64,000 nt of DNA from Dehalococcoidia bacterium (GTDB taxonomy: Bacteria; Chloroflexota; Dehalococcoidia; Lucifugimonadales; UBA3495): assembly GCA_965203195.1 (NCBI GenBank), contig OZ241860.1, positions 1,986,334-2,050,333 on the forward strand, written 5' to 3'. The notes under the pieces are model-generated. The model saw only the letters and a list, made by a program, of their open reading frames with translations, was not told the origin of the DNA and searched no databases. Below are positions 47,094 to 59,867 of this stretch, piece by piece; the first letter of the stretch is position 1; each line of letters opens with the position of its first letter. Position numbers and translations under genes: made by a program.

Positions 47094-47936
47094 ATGCCCG
47101 AACTGCCCGAAGTAGAAAATACCCGCCAGTACCTGCTCCGTTCCGGGCTGGCGGGCTGTCGTCTGGGCACCCCGGAAATCACCTGGCCCAATACCGTCCG
47201 CCAGCCCTCGGTAGGCGAGTTTATTGAGGGCGTGGCCGGCCGCTGCGTTGCCGATGTGGGCCGGCGCGGCAAATATCTGCTGGCGGCGCTGGATGACGGC
47301 GGCCATCTCGCGTTGCACCTCGGCATGACCGGCAGCCTACGCATCCACGCCGCCGCCCGGGAACGCCCCCCGATGACCCGGCATATATTCCCGCTGGACG
47401 ACGGGCGGGAGCTGCGCTTTATGGATCCGCGCAAGTTCGGCCATCTCTGGTTGCTGGACGACCCGGCGCAGGCTTACGGCCGAATGGGGCCGGAACCGCT
47501 GTCGGCGGATTTTACCGCCGCGGCGCTGGCGACGGCATTGCGGGGCCGCAAGGCACCCGTCAAGGCTCTGCTGCTGGAGCAGTCCGTAGTGGCCGGCATC
47601 GGCAATCTGTACGCCGACGAAGCCCTGTACCAGGCGGGCATACACCCGGAACGGCCCGCCGGCAGCCTTGCCGATGCCGAGCTGACCCGTCTCCACCGTG
47701 CTATTGTGGCCGCCCTGGCCCGCGCCACCGCCGCCTATGACGACGCCCGCAACGCCCACTGGCCCGACCCGCCGGTTGCCCTCTCCCCGTGGGACATCCC
47801 CCGCCGCAAGGACGCCCAATGCCCCCGCTGCGCCGCCTCAGTCCAACTCCTCAAAATCCGCAACCGCAGCAGCTGGCACTGCCCCCGGTGCCAGCCTCCG
47901 CACCAACAGACACCGCCCCCGTCCTTGACCGACTGA
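47094..47936 (+). CDS. mutM: formamidopyrimidine-DNA glycosylase
   Basis: MPELPEVE N-terminus, and a C-terminal zinc finger CPRCAASVQLLKIRNRSSWHCPRC. Confidence 0.9.
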   Translation: MPELPEVENTRQYLLRSGLAGCRLGTPEITWPNTVRQPSVGEFIEGVAGRCVADVGRRGKYLLAALDDGGHLALHLGMTGSLRIHAAARERPPMTRHIFPLDDGRELRFMDPRKFGHLWLLDDPAQAYGRMGPEPLSADFTAAALATALRGRKAPVKALLLEQSVVAGIGNLYADEALYQAGIHPERPAGSLADAELTRLHRAIVAALARATAAYDDARNAHWPDPPVALSPWDIPRRKDAQCPRCAASVQLLKIRNRSSWHCPRCQPPHQQTPPPSLTD

Positions 47937-48138
47937 TACGGCGCTGACCGCAGCCTGACCACGGCATACGGATGGCTTTGCCCCACTGCCCCTCGGCGGT
48001 TCCGGCCGGCTCCGGGCACCGCCGGCGCCGCTGTGTTATCATTGCGCCCAAACGCCGGCGCCCGCCTTCCCTTTGGCCGCCCCGCCGGCGCGCGACCTCA
48101 TTCACCGCGCACAGACGCCGCGCACAGGAGGCACTACT

Positions 48139-49164
48139 ATGCCCTTCGGAGGCAATGACTGGCACTCCCTCCGGCAGGAGGAAACGCTGGAACCCGAAAT
48201 CCCCATCTGCGACCCGCACCACCACTTCTGGGATTTTCGCAGCGAGCGCATTCCCTACCAGCGCTATCTGCTGCACGAACTGGCCGCGGACATCAACAGC
48301 GGCCACAATGTGACTTCCACCGTCTTTGTGGAGGCCCGGTCAATGTACCGCGCCGCCGGGCCGGAGGAAATGCGGCCGGTGGGCGAGGTTGAATTCGTGC
48401 AGGGCCTGGCGGCGGCGTCAGCCAGCGGGCTGTACGGCCCCGGCCGGGCGGCGGCGTCCATCGTGGGCCACGCCAACCTGAACCTGGGCGACGGCGTCAA
48501 GCCCGTGCTGGAGGCGTTGCAGGCCGCCAGCCCCAACCGCTTCCGCGGCATCCGCCACTCCGTTACTTGGGATCCGCACCCGGAGGTGGAAAACACCGCC
48601 GCCCACCGGATGCCGCAGCAGCTGGGCAGCGACAACTTCCGCGCCGGCGCCCGCGTCCTGGCCGGTATGGGACTGTCGCTGGAAGGCTGGCTCTACTTCC
48701 CGCAAATGCCTGAACTGGCCGACTTCGCCAACGCCGTTCCCGACCTGACCATCATCCTCAACCACATCGGCGGGCTGCTGCGGGTTGGCCCCTACGCCAA
48801 CAGCGCCGAAACGCTGGCCACCTGGCGCAACGGCATTGCCGCCTGCGCCGCCGCGCCGAACATCGTCATCAAGCTGGGCGGCATCGGAATGCCCCGCACC
48901 GGCTTTGACTGGCACGAACGCGCCGTCCCCGCCGGCTCGGAGGAACTGGCGGAGCAGATGGCGCCGCTGATGCACTACTGCATTGAGCAGTTCGGCCCCG
49001 ACCGCTGTATGTTTGAGAGCAACTTCCCGGTGGACAAGGTGTCCTACTCGTACAATGTGATGTACAACGCCTTCAAGCGGCTGTCGGCCGGCTACTCGCC
49101 CGCCGAGCGGGCCGCTATGTTCCACGACACCGCCGTGCGCGTGTACCGGGTGGACGAAAGCTGA
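48139..49164 (+). CDS. amidohydrolase-2 family metal-dependent hydrolase
   Basis: ICDPHHHFWD (HxH metal motif) and later ILNHIGG. AGGAGG lies upstream of ATG 48139. Confidence 0.75.
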   Translation: MPFGGNDWHSLRQEETLEPEIPICDPHHHFWDFRSERIPYQRYLLHELAADINSGHNVTSTVFVEARSMYRAAGPEEMRPVGEVEFVQGLAAASASGLYGPGRAAASIVGHANLNLGDGVKPVLEALQAASPNRFRGIRHSVTWDPHPEVENTAAHRMPQQLGSDNFRAGARVLAGMGLSLEGWLYFPQMPELADFANAVPDLTIILNHIGGLLRVGPYANSAETLATWRNGIAACAAAPNIVIKLGGIGMPRTGFDWHERAVPAGSEELAEQMAPLMHYCIEQFGPDRCMFESNFPVDKVSYSYNVMYNAFKRLSAGYSPAERAAMFHDTAVRVYRVDES

Positions 49165-49231
49165 CCACGCGCGCCAAACGGCAAAAACCCTGGGGGCGCG
49201 GCCTGCCTCGCCCCCGCTTCGGAGATTTGAT

Positions 49232-50815
<1,584 letters not shown>

Positions 50816-51014
50816 CCGCCGCCTGGTCGCAAAAGCAGGGATGGGGGTAGGGGGTTGCTCCCCTGCCCCCTGTGCCGCCGGCCGGCGCGGCCCGTTTGAC
50901 GGGATAGGCGCCAAGTGGTAAGTTAGGCGCACAGGAAATTTAAGGCGTCCCCCTCCTCCCGGTTGGGGACGCTGCTGTCGACTATCGCCGCAGCAACGGC
51001 ATGGAGGCGAGGTT

Positions 51015-51176
51015 ATGACGACGCCGGAATCCGACCGTCAGGCAACTCCCCAGCCGGAGCAGATTAACTGGTGGATGACGCCGACGCAGCGACGCCATAT
51101 CAAACGCCTGGAGCGCAAGGCGGATGCCGCTATGGAAAATCTGTACCGGCTGCTCCCGGAATTGCCCCGCAGCTAG
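51015..51176 (+). CDS. 53-aa hypothetical ORF between the protease paralogues
   Basis: GGAGG lies 7 nt upstream of the ATG. Product is MTTPESDRQATPQPEQINWWMTPTQRRHIKRLERKADAAMENLYRLLPELPRS. Confidence 0.35.
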   Translation: MTTPESDRQATPQPEQINWWMTPTQRRHIKRLERKADAAMENLYRLLPELPRS

Positions 51177-51255
51177 TCCGCGCGAGCAATGCCAGGGACT
51201 GTCGCCGGCTGCTGCCCTCGCCACCCCATCGCAACCTTTGCTGGAACCACGCTGA

Positions 51256-52914
<1,659 letters not shown>

Positions 52915-53050
52915 CGCAAACGCGCCGCCCCGGGCGGATGCCGCCCGGCGCAAATCATACCCGGTTGTGCTACCATTAAAGCCGACGCCGGCAAACCCGA
53001 TGCCGGCGCGACCTCGGGTTCGGAAGGCAAACAGGCAGGAGGCGGTCAAT

Positions 53051-53242
53051 ATGGTAGTCGCAGAACGCGCCATGACGCATCACCACCGGGAACACCACCC
53101 GCACCGGAGCAACGAGCTGGCGGAACACGACCACTGCCAGGGGAATATGGACTGCGTGTGCCATCACGACGGCCATTGCTGCTGTTGCCATAGCGCCCAC
53201 TGCAACGGCAGCAGCTGCAACTGCCACGGCGGCGATGCCTGA
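53051..53242 (+). CDS. 63-aa His/Cys-rich metal-binding-like peptide
   Basis: AGGAGG lies upstream of ATG 53051. Product is MVVAERAMTHHHREHHPHRSNELAEHDHCQGNMDCVCHHDGHCCCCHSAHCNGSSCNCHGGDA, with 14 His and 10 Cys. Confidence 0.55.
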   Translation: MVVAERAMTHHHREHHPHRSNELAEHDHCQGNMDCVCHHDGHCCCCHSAHCNGSSCNCHGGDA

Positions 53243-53377
53243 GCCCGGCGCCCGCATCCCCGGCGCCGGGCCCTTCGGGAGGACAAGTTGCCGGACAACA
53301 AGCTCTCGGACGCCGGCGCGGGCCGGCTGCCCCTGCGGTCGGGCCGGCCGCGAATGGTCAGGAGGTTGGGTTTGACG

Positions 53378-54037
53378 ATGAACCCCGACAGCTTCCCGCC
53401 GGAGTTTTTCCGCCGCGAGGACGAAAGCGACGATGCCGAGTTCTACACGACGCCCCGTCTGGTGGTGCATATTGACGACGGGGCCATCGGCGCCGTGGGC
53501 CGGCTGTTCCGGCAGCTGATTCCCCCGGACTCCGAAACCCTGGACCTGATGAGCAGCTGGCGCACGCACTGGCCGGCGGAACACCCCCGCCGGCGCATTG
53601 TCGGCTTGGGGATGAACGCTACGGAGCTGGCGGAGAACCCGCAGCTGGACGATTACCTGGTGCGCGACATCAACGCCGACCCGTCCCTGCCCTTTGCCGA
53701 AGCCTCCTTTGACGCCGTGGTCATCACCGTTTCGGTGCAGTACCTCACCAGCCCGGTTGCGGTGTTCGCCGAGGTGTCCCGCATCCTGCGGCCCGGCGGC
53801 GTGTTCATCGTCACCTTTTCCAACCGCTGCTTCCCCACCAAAGCCGTCCGCGTCTGGCGCGCCACCAACGATGCGGATCATATTGAGCTGGTGGCGTCAT
53901 ATCTGCACCGGGCCGGCGGGTTCAACGGCGTGCGCGGCGGGCTGGCCAACCCCGACCTGGCGCCGCCGGGCGACCCGCTGTTCGCCGTCTATGCCTATAA
54001 AGAGGCCGCCGGCGATGGCGACGCTGCGGGGGCGTGA
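53378..54037 (+). CDS. class I SAM-dependent methyltransferase (Methyltransf_11-like)
   Basis: ...IVGLGMN...FDAVVITVSVQYLTSPVAVFAEVSRILRPGGVFIVTFSN. The start at ATG 53378 follows GGAGG. Confidence 0.7.
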   Translation: MNPDSFPPEFFRREDESDDAEFYTTPRLVVHIDDGAIGAVGRLFRQLIPPDSETLDLMSSWRTHWPAEHPRRRIVGLGMNATELAENPQLDDYLVRDINADPSLPFAEASFDAVVITVSVQYLTSPVAVFAEVSRILRPGGVFIVTFSNRCFPTKAVRVWRATNDADHIELVASYLHRAGGFNGVRGGLANPDLAPPGDPLFAVYAYKEAAGDGDAAGA

Positions 54038-54078
54038 TACACTGGAAAAGAGATTTGCGGGGTAGGAAAGACTGGACT

Positions 54079-54705
54079 ATGAGCGGCGTTTTCGTTTATT
54101 GGGACAATTCCAACATTTGCCACGAGGCGCAGCGGCTGGCCGAGGAGCGGGACGCCACTCCCGGGGCGCGCTATCTGGTACGAATCCATTTTGAAAACCT
54201 GCTGCGCCTGGCCCACGCCGACCGTCCCCTGACCAAAGCCTGGGCCGCCGGCTCCATCCCGCCGGAACTGAACCAGCTATGGAACCGGCTGGAGAACCGG
54301 GGCGTGGCAGTGGAACTGTTCGACCGGGGCGGGCGCGAGCGCGGCGAACAGGATATACCCGACCGCTGGTTGCAACTGCGTATGCTGGAGGACGGCTGGG
54401 ATTACAACGGCGATCCCGGCATTGTGGCGCTGCTGACTGGAGACGGCGCCGGCTATGTGGAAGGCCGGGGTTTTCACCGCACCCTGGAGCGTATGCACCG
54501 GCGCGGCTGGCGGGTGGAAGTCCTGTCCTGGTTGCATTCCTGCCGGCGCGGGATGCGCCTGTGGGCAGAGGAAAACGGCGTATTTGTGCCACTGGACGAT
54601 TATTATGACGCCATAACTTTCCGGGAACCGTCCCGCCCCGGTCACGAGCTGGCCCTGGCGCGGCGCGTGGCCGATCTTGACCTGTCCGGTCGCCCGACAG
54701 CGTGA
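54079..54705 (+). CDS. NYN-domain (LabA-like) protein
   Basis: VFVYWDNSNICH...GIVALLTGDGAGY... fits the NYN/PIN-like layout. Confidence 0.6.
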   Translation: MSGVFVYWDNSNICHEAQRLAEERDATPGARYLVRIHFENLLRLAHADRPLTKAWAAGSIPPELNQLWNRLENRGVAVELFDRGGRERGEQDIPDRWLQLRMLEDGWDYNGDPGIVALLTGDGAGYVEGRGFHRTLERMHRRGWRVEVLSWLHSCRRGMRLWAEENGVFVPLDDYYDAITFREPSRPGHELALARRVADLDLSGRPTA

Positions 54706-54731
54706 AGCCGCCGTGGGTGGAGGGAATTGCG

Positions 54732-55295
54732 ATGACGACGACAATGACGACGCCCAAGCTACTGACCGCCGCCGACCTGCTCCGCCTGCACAGCGAAGGC
54801 GTGCGCGGCGAACTAATCCAGGGGGTACTGCACCAAACTATGCCAGCCGGATTCAGGCATGGCAAGATAATAATGCTCCTGGGCGCCCGGCTGGTATCGC
54901 ACGTGGAGCCGGCCGGTCTGGGCCACGTGTTCGGCTCCGACACCGGCGTCCTGCTGGAACGCAACCCCGACACCGTGCGGGAACCGGACATAGCCTATGT
55001 TTCCGCGGCCCGCCTCCCCCTAGATGCCGAAATCAGCGGCTACTGCCCGGTCGTCCCCGACCTGGTAGTGGAGATAGTGTCCCCAACCGACGACGAACGG
55101 GAAGTGGCTAACAAGGCCGCAATGTGGCTGCATTACGGCGCCCGCATGGTCCTGGTGATAAACCCGGCATCCCGCACGATACAGATGCGCCGGCCCGGCG
55201 CGCCGACTGCTATCCTCACCATCCACGATACGCTGGACGGCGGGGATGTGCTGCCGGGTTTCACCTGCCCGGTGCGGGATATTCTGGAGCGTTAG
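54732..55295 (+). CDS. Uma2-family endonuclease, tandem paralogue 1
   Basis: ...REPDIAYVS...VPDLVVEIVSPTDD...KAAMWLHYGARMVLVINP. Confidence 0.8.
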   Translation: MTTTMTTPKLLTAADLLRLHSEGVRGELIQGVLHQTMPAGFRHGKIIMLLGARLVSHVEPAGLGHVFGSDTGVLLERNPDTVREPDIAYVSAARLPLDAEISGYCPVVPDLVVEIVSPTDDEREVANKAAMWLHYGARMVLVINPASRTIQMRRPGAPTAILTIHDTLDGGDVLPGFTCPVRDILER

Positions 55296-55371
55296 GCCAG
55301 TCAGCCATCTCCGGCGCCATCTCCACCGGCGCCCCGCCGGGCCTGGCGGATCTGCCCACGAGGGAATTGCG

Positions 55372-55935
55372 ATGACGACGACAATGACAACGCCCAAACT
55401 GCTGACCGCCGCCGACCTGCTCCGCCTGCACAGCAAAGGCGTGCGCGGCGAACTAATCCGGGGAGCGTTGCGAGAAACTATGCCAGCCGGACTGAAACAC
55501 GGCGAGATAGCCGCCGCCCTGATGTCCCTGCTCTGGATACACGTCCACCCTGCCCGACTGGGCCACGTGTTCGGCTCCGACACCGGCGTCCTGCTGGAGC
55601 GCAACCCCGACACCGTGCGGGAACCGGATGTAGCCTATGTTTCCGCGGCCCGCCTGCCCCTGGACGCCGACATCAGCGGTTACTGCCCCGTCGTCCCCGA
55701 CCTGGTAGTGGAAATAGTTTCCCCAACCGACGACGAACGGGAAGTGGCTAACAAGGCCGCAATGTGGCTGCATTACGGCGCCCGCATGGTGCTGGTGATA
55801 AACCCGGAATCCCGCACTATACAGGTGCGCCGGCCCGGCGCGCCGGCAGTTATCCTGACCGTCCACGATACGCTGGACGGCGGGGATGTGCTGCCGGGTT
55901 TCACCTGCCCGGTGCGGGATATTCTGGAGCGTTAG
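55372..55935 (+). CDS. Uma2-family endonuclease, tandem paralogue 2
   Basis: 640-bp tandem duplicate of 54732-55295. Both copies are preceded by the same agggaattgcgATG leader. Confidence 0.8.
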   Translation: MTTTMTTPKLLTAADLLRLHSKGVRGELIRGALRETMPAGLKHGEIAAALMSLLWIHVHPARLGHVFGSDTGVLLERNPDTVREPDVAYVSAARLPLDADISGYCPVVPDLVVEIVSPTDDEREVANKAAMWLHYGARMVLVINPESRTIQVRRPGAPAVILTVHDTLDGGDVLPGFTCPVRDILER

Positions 55936-55940
55936 GCCGG

Positions 55941-56405
55941 TCAGTCGGCCACTTCCAGCACCATCTCCACTTCCACCGGCGCCCCGCGCGGCAGGGCGGC
56001 CATGCCCACGGCGGAACGGGCGTGGCGTCCGTTTTCGCCGTACAACTCCACCAGCAGGTCGGAAGCGCCGTTGCCCACCGCCGGCTGCTGGTCAAACTCC
56101 GGGTCGCTGTTGACCATCACCAGCAGCTTCACCACGCGCCGCACCCGGTCCAGGTCGCCGATGATGCTTTTGGCGGAGGAAAGGCAGTTGACGGCGCACT
56201 GGCGGGCCGCCTCATAGCCCTGCTCAACGCTCACCTCCCGCCCCAGCTTGCCGCTGGCGACCATCGCGCCGTCGGGACGCCGGGGCAGGTTGCCGGATAC
56301 GAACAGCAGATTGCCGGCGCGCACCGCGGGAACAAAATTGCCCAGAGAGGGGTTGGGTTCGGTTACTTCCAGGCCCATTGCGGCCAGCTTGCTTTCAATT
56401 TCCAT
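55941..56405 (-). CDS. RidA/YjgF-family protein
   Basis: ...AGNLLFVSGNLP...RHARSAVGMAALPRGAPVEVEMVLEV. Confidence 0.8.
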   Translation of the reverse strand: MEIESKLAAMGLEVTEPNPSLGNFVPAVRAGNLLFVSGNLPRRPDGAMVASGKLGREVSVEQGYEAARQCAVNCLSSAKSIIGDLDRVRRVVKLLVMVNSDPEFDQQPAVGNGASDLLVELYGENGRHARSAVGMAALPRGAPVEVEMVLEVAD

Positions 56406-56519
56406 AACGACAATCGTCTCCTTGATGCGTTGGCAGGACAGGTCGGACGGGATGGGGACAGGACAGGCAGAGTAAAGTCAGGGCAAGCCGGACGGGACGA
56501 TGGCAAGGCGGAGTCTGCG

Positions 56520-58328
56520 CTACCCGTCGGCCGGACGGTAGCGGTTGACGATGGGCAGACGCCGGTCTTTGCCGAAAGCGCGGGGCGTAATTTTGACGCC
56601 GGGCGGCGCCTGCCTTCGCTTGTACTCGTTGCGGTCCACGGCGGCGATCACCTGGAGCACCCATTCCGGCTTATGCCCCATGGCCACCATTTCCGTGTAG
56701 TCGCAATCATCCTCAACATAGGCTTTGATGATGGGATCCAGCAGCTCGTAGGGCGGCAAGGTATCCCGGTCGGTCTGGTCGGGCCGCAGTTCGGCGCTGG
56801 GTGGCTTGTCCAGTATCGCCCGGGGGATGACCGGGCCGACGGCGGCGCCAACGCTGACCTCGACGTCGTATGCCGGCCGGGAGTTGCGCCAGTGGCAGAG
56901 TTCGTACACCATCGTTTTGGGGACATCCTTCAGCGCCGCGAACCCCCCGGCCATATCCCCGTACAAGGTGGCGTAGCCCATCGCCAGCTCGCTCTTGTTG
57001 CCGGTGGTCAGCGCCAGCCAGCCGAACTTGTTGGAGATGGTCATCAGCACATTGCCCCGGATGCGGGCCTGCACATTCTCCTCGGCGGTGTTGGGCGCCG
57101 TGCCGGCAAAGCGCGGGGCCAGCATATCGGCAAAGGCTTCGTGGGCCGGCTCTATGGGGATGCGCCACAGCGGAATGCCCAGATTGTCGGCCAGCTCCTG
57201 GGAATCGGCCACGCTGCCCTCCGATGAGTAGCGCGACGGCATCGTGACTCCGACTACATTGTCCGCGCCGAGGGCATCGGCGGCAATAACCGCCGTCAGC
57301 GCCGAATCCACGCCGCCGGACAGCCCCACCAGGGCTTTGCGGAAGCCGGATTTGCGGACATAATCGCCGACGCCGGTGACCAGCGCCCGATAGACTTCGG
57401 CAACAGCGTCCGGCGGCGGGCAAAGGGGCGGGGCAGCAATGGCCGGCCGGCGGCCGGCGGGGATAGCGGGGCCGGCGGCGGCGGGTTCGGAAAGGGCAAT
57501 TACGGGTGCCGGGGCAATTTCCCCCGCCGCCGGCCGCTGGTGCGGGTTCGCCTTGCGGGGGCGCGGGTCGCGGAGCCGCTGCCGGAGCGCGGCGCCGGCG
57601 TCCAGGTCGGCAATCAGCAGACTTTCCGCAAAAGACGGCGCGCGCGCAATGACGGCGCCGTCCGGGGCGCAAATGACGCTGGCGCCGTCAAACACCAGCT
57701 CATCCTGCCCGCCCACGGTGTTGAGATAGGCGATGAACACGCCGTTGTCGGCGGCGCGGGTGGCCAGCATCCGTTCCCGCTGGGCGGCCTTGCCGGCGTG
57801 AAAAGGCGAGGCGTTGATGTTGACGATAACCTCGGCGCCCGCGGCCCGCTGCGCCACCACAGGGCCGGCGGGATACCAGATGTCCTCGCAGATGTTGACC
57901 CCCACCGGAACGCCGTTGACCGCATAGACCGGGCAGGCGTCGCCCCGCCGGAAGTAGCGTTCCTCGTCAAAGACGCCGTAGTTGGGCAGGTAGATCTTGC
58001 GATACCAGTCCACAATGCGCCCGTTATGAATGATGGCGGCGGCGTTGGCGATGTCATCATCCACCGCAACGCAGCCCACAATGACGGCGATGTCCCGCGC
58101 GGCGGCGGCAATGCGCCAGACGGCGGCGATGTTGTCCGCCAGAAAAGAGGGCTTGAGCAGCAAATCCTCCGGCGGATAGCCGGCCACGGCCAGCTCCGGG
58201 AAGGCTACCAGGTCGGCGCCGGCGGCCCGCGCATCATCGGCCAGGGCGATGATGCGGTCGGCGTTGCCGGCTATGTCGCCGACGGTAGGGTTGAACTGGG
58301 CCAGAGCCAGGCGGAGGATGCGCGGCAT
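56520..58328 (-). CDS. nadE: glutamine-dependent NAD+ synthetase
   Basis: N-terminal nitrilase-like domain (LRLALAQFNPTVGDI...FPELAVAGYPPEDL) plus a synthetase domain (LVGLSGGVDSALTA). Confidence 0.9.
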   Translation of the reverse strand: MPRILRLALAQFNPTVGDIAGNADRIIALADDARAAGADLVAFPELAVAGYPPEDLLLKPSFLADNIAAVWRIAAAARDIAVIVGCVAVDDDIANAAAIIHNGRIVDWYRKIYLPNYGVFDEERYFRRGDACPVYAVNGVPVGVNICEDIWYPAGPVVAQRAAGAEVIVNINASPFHAGKAAQRERMLATRAADNGVFIAYLNTVGGQDELVFDGASVICAPDGAVIARAPSFAESLLIADLDAGAALRQRLRDPRPRKANPHQRPAAGEIAPAPVIALSEPAAAGPAIPAGRRPAIAAPPLCPPPDAVAEVYRALVTGVGDYVRKSGFRKALVGLSGGVDSALTAVIAADALGADNVVGVTMPSRYSSEGSVADSQELADNLGIPLWRIPIEPAHEAFADMLAPRFAGTAPNTAEENVQARIRGNVLMTISNKFGWLALTTGNKSELAMGYATLYGDMAGGFAALKDVPKTMVYELCHWRNSRPAYDVEVSVGAAVGPVIPRAILDKPPSAELRPDQTDRDTLPPYELLDPIIKAYVEDDCDYTEMVAMGHKPEWVLQVIAAVDRNEYKRRQAPPGVKITPRAFGKDRRLPIVNRYRPADG

Positions 58329-58337
58329 AACGCAGGC

Positions 58338-58343
58338 ATTATA
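58338..58343 (-). promoter_or_regulatory. -10 box (TATAAT) only 9 nt upstream of the nadE ATG (possible leaderless mRNA)
   Basis: Minus strand reads gcgcTATAATgcctgcgttATG. Confidence 0.35.
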
Positions 58344-58451
58344 GCGCCAGCGGTCAATACAATGGCGCCGCCGGGCAGTAGCGCCGCCAGGCAAGGCAAT
58401 GAACGGGCGATAACCGGCGGCGCCTTGCGCGCGCCCTGGCCGCGCCGGGCG

Positions 58452-59006
58452 TCATCCGCCCGGATGCCGGGGATGCGTGAACCAGTGGTAACTGAACGCC
58501 CCCTGCGCCCCCCGCACGAACAAAAACAGCAGCAGCAGATAGACGACGACCCAGAACGCGCCCCGTCCGTCCAGCGCCAGCGGCTCCAGCCGGGTCAGCG
58601 CGATGACGCGGGCAATGGCGAACACCACCGGCAGCAGCGCCGCCGCCAGCCGCCAGCGCTGGTTCAGCCCCAAGCCCAGCATACCCACCAGGAAGCCCTC
58701 TACGCCGTAGTAGATGACGATGCGCGCCGGCAGGAAGGCGGCGTCATCCGCCCCGCCGTCGCCGGCCGCCGCCATTCCTTCCTGGATGGCCGGCCCAATC
58801 AGCCAGACCAGCAGCAGCCCGGTGGTCCAGACCCACCAGGCCAGCGCCGCCAACCAGCCCCAGCGTATCCAGCGGCGCGCCGGCCCCGGCCCGGACGCCG
58901 CGAAACGCCCCAGGCGGCCAGGCGGACGGGGATAACGGTATGCGCCACCGCCGTCGTCGGCGACGCCGCTGTCATCATCCCGCGGCGTGTCCGGCGGCGG
59001 CGACAT
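58452..59006 (-). CDS. hypothetical membrane protein
   Basis: 184 aa with four hydrophobic segments after an Asp/Pro/Gly-rich N-terminus. Confidence 0.5.
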   Translation of the reverse strand: MSPPPDTPRDDDSGVADDGGGAYRYPRPPGRLGRFAASGPGPARRWIRWGWLAALAWWVWTTGLLLVWLIGPAIQEGMAAAGDGGADDAAFLPARIVIYYGVEGFLVGMLGLGLNQRWRLAAALLPVVFAIARVIALTRLEPLALDGRGAFWVVVYLLLLFLFVRGAQGAFSYHWFTHPRHPGG

Positions 59007-59035
59007 TGCGATGAGCCGGGCGGAGTACGGGCCGC

Positions 59036-59275
59036 CTACCCGGCGTCCTCGTCCAGCAGGGGAATGGTCGTCCAGACCACGCCGTCGGGGTCTGCGGAAA
59101 GCCCCTGCTCTCCCACCATCCGCCGGATGTCCAGCAGGGTGGCGTTCACTTCACCGGTCACTTTCCGCCATTCCGGTTCCGGCGGGAACCAGTAGGGGGA
59201 GTTGATCCGCACTACCTTGTTGTCGGCGGCGTGGTGGTAGATGCCGAACCGGGCGGCTTGCTGTTGCATCGTCAT
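59036..59275 (-). CDS. hypothetical 79-aa protein
   Basis: The start is taken at ATG 59275 (MTMQQQAARFGIYHH...). The gene is co-directional with the DoxX gene upstream. I recognise no motif in it. Confidence 0.35.
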   Translation of the reverse strand: MTMQQQAARFGIYHHAADNKVVRINSPYWFPPEPEWRKVTGEVNATLLDIRRMVGEQGLSADPDGVVWTTIPLLDEDAG

Positions 59276-59378
59276 AATAAGGCCACACTTCCCGCCCGGC
59301 GCCGGGGACAGGATGGCGCGGCGCCGGGCGATGCGTACGATGGTACTGGTACCGGGACAGGTTGCGGGAGTTCCCTGA

Positions 59379-59867
59379 TTACAGGATTTCCCTCTTGAGG
59401 ATGAGGCGTTCAATGCCGTACTTGCGGCTGCCCAGGATGCCGATGATGCCGGCGCAGGCGAACCACAGGATGGTCACTTCGCCGCCGTGGGCGCCAAAAG
59501 CGGAGCCCATATCCCCCGGCGGGTTGGGGTACAGGTGCGGCAGAATGCCGTTGGGCGCGTGCACCATAAAGTAGGCCACCACCATAGTGACCACCAGGGC
59601 GCCGGCGCCCAGCCGGGTCAAAACGCCCAGCCCCACCAGAAAGGCGGCGACCAGTTCCACCCACCCGGCCACATACACGATGTCCGGCGGCCCGCTGCCC
59701 GGCAGCGGAAAGTTCCAGACGAAAGCCTTCTGCGCCCCGTGCAGGAATACCAGAAAGGCGAAAATCAGCCGGAACAGCAGGTAGAATTCGTCCGTATAGC
59801 GCCGGAAAAAGCGCCCCAGAAAAGCGCTTTCCGCAGCCGGCGCCGGCGCGGCGTTGTTGGCAGCCAT
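59379..59867 (-). CDS. DoxX-family membrane protein
   Basis: ...LLFRLIFAFLVFLHGAQK...VAGWVELVAAFLVGLGVLTRL... GGAGAGGAGAGG lies upstream of ATG 59867. Confidence 0.7.
   Translation of the reverse strand: MAANNAAPAPAAESAFLGRFFRRYTDEFYLLFRLIFAFLVFLHGAQKAFVWNFPLPGSGPPDIVYVAGWVELVAAFLVGLGVLTRLGAGALVVTMVVAYFMVHAPNGILPHLYPNPPGDMGSAFGAHGGEVTILWFACAGIIGILGSRKYGIERLILKREIL

Noticed and set aside
50946-50976. Hairpin gcgtcccc-N12-ggggacgc as an intrinsic terminator of protease 1
   Set aside because: It has an 8-bp stem but a 12-nt loop and no following U-tract on the plus strand. The evidence is too weak to annotate.
57540-59195. 551-aa plus-strand ORF
   Set aside because: It is antisense to nadE and the membrane protein gene. 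It is a shadow ORF.
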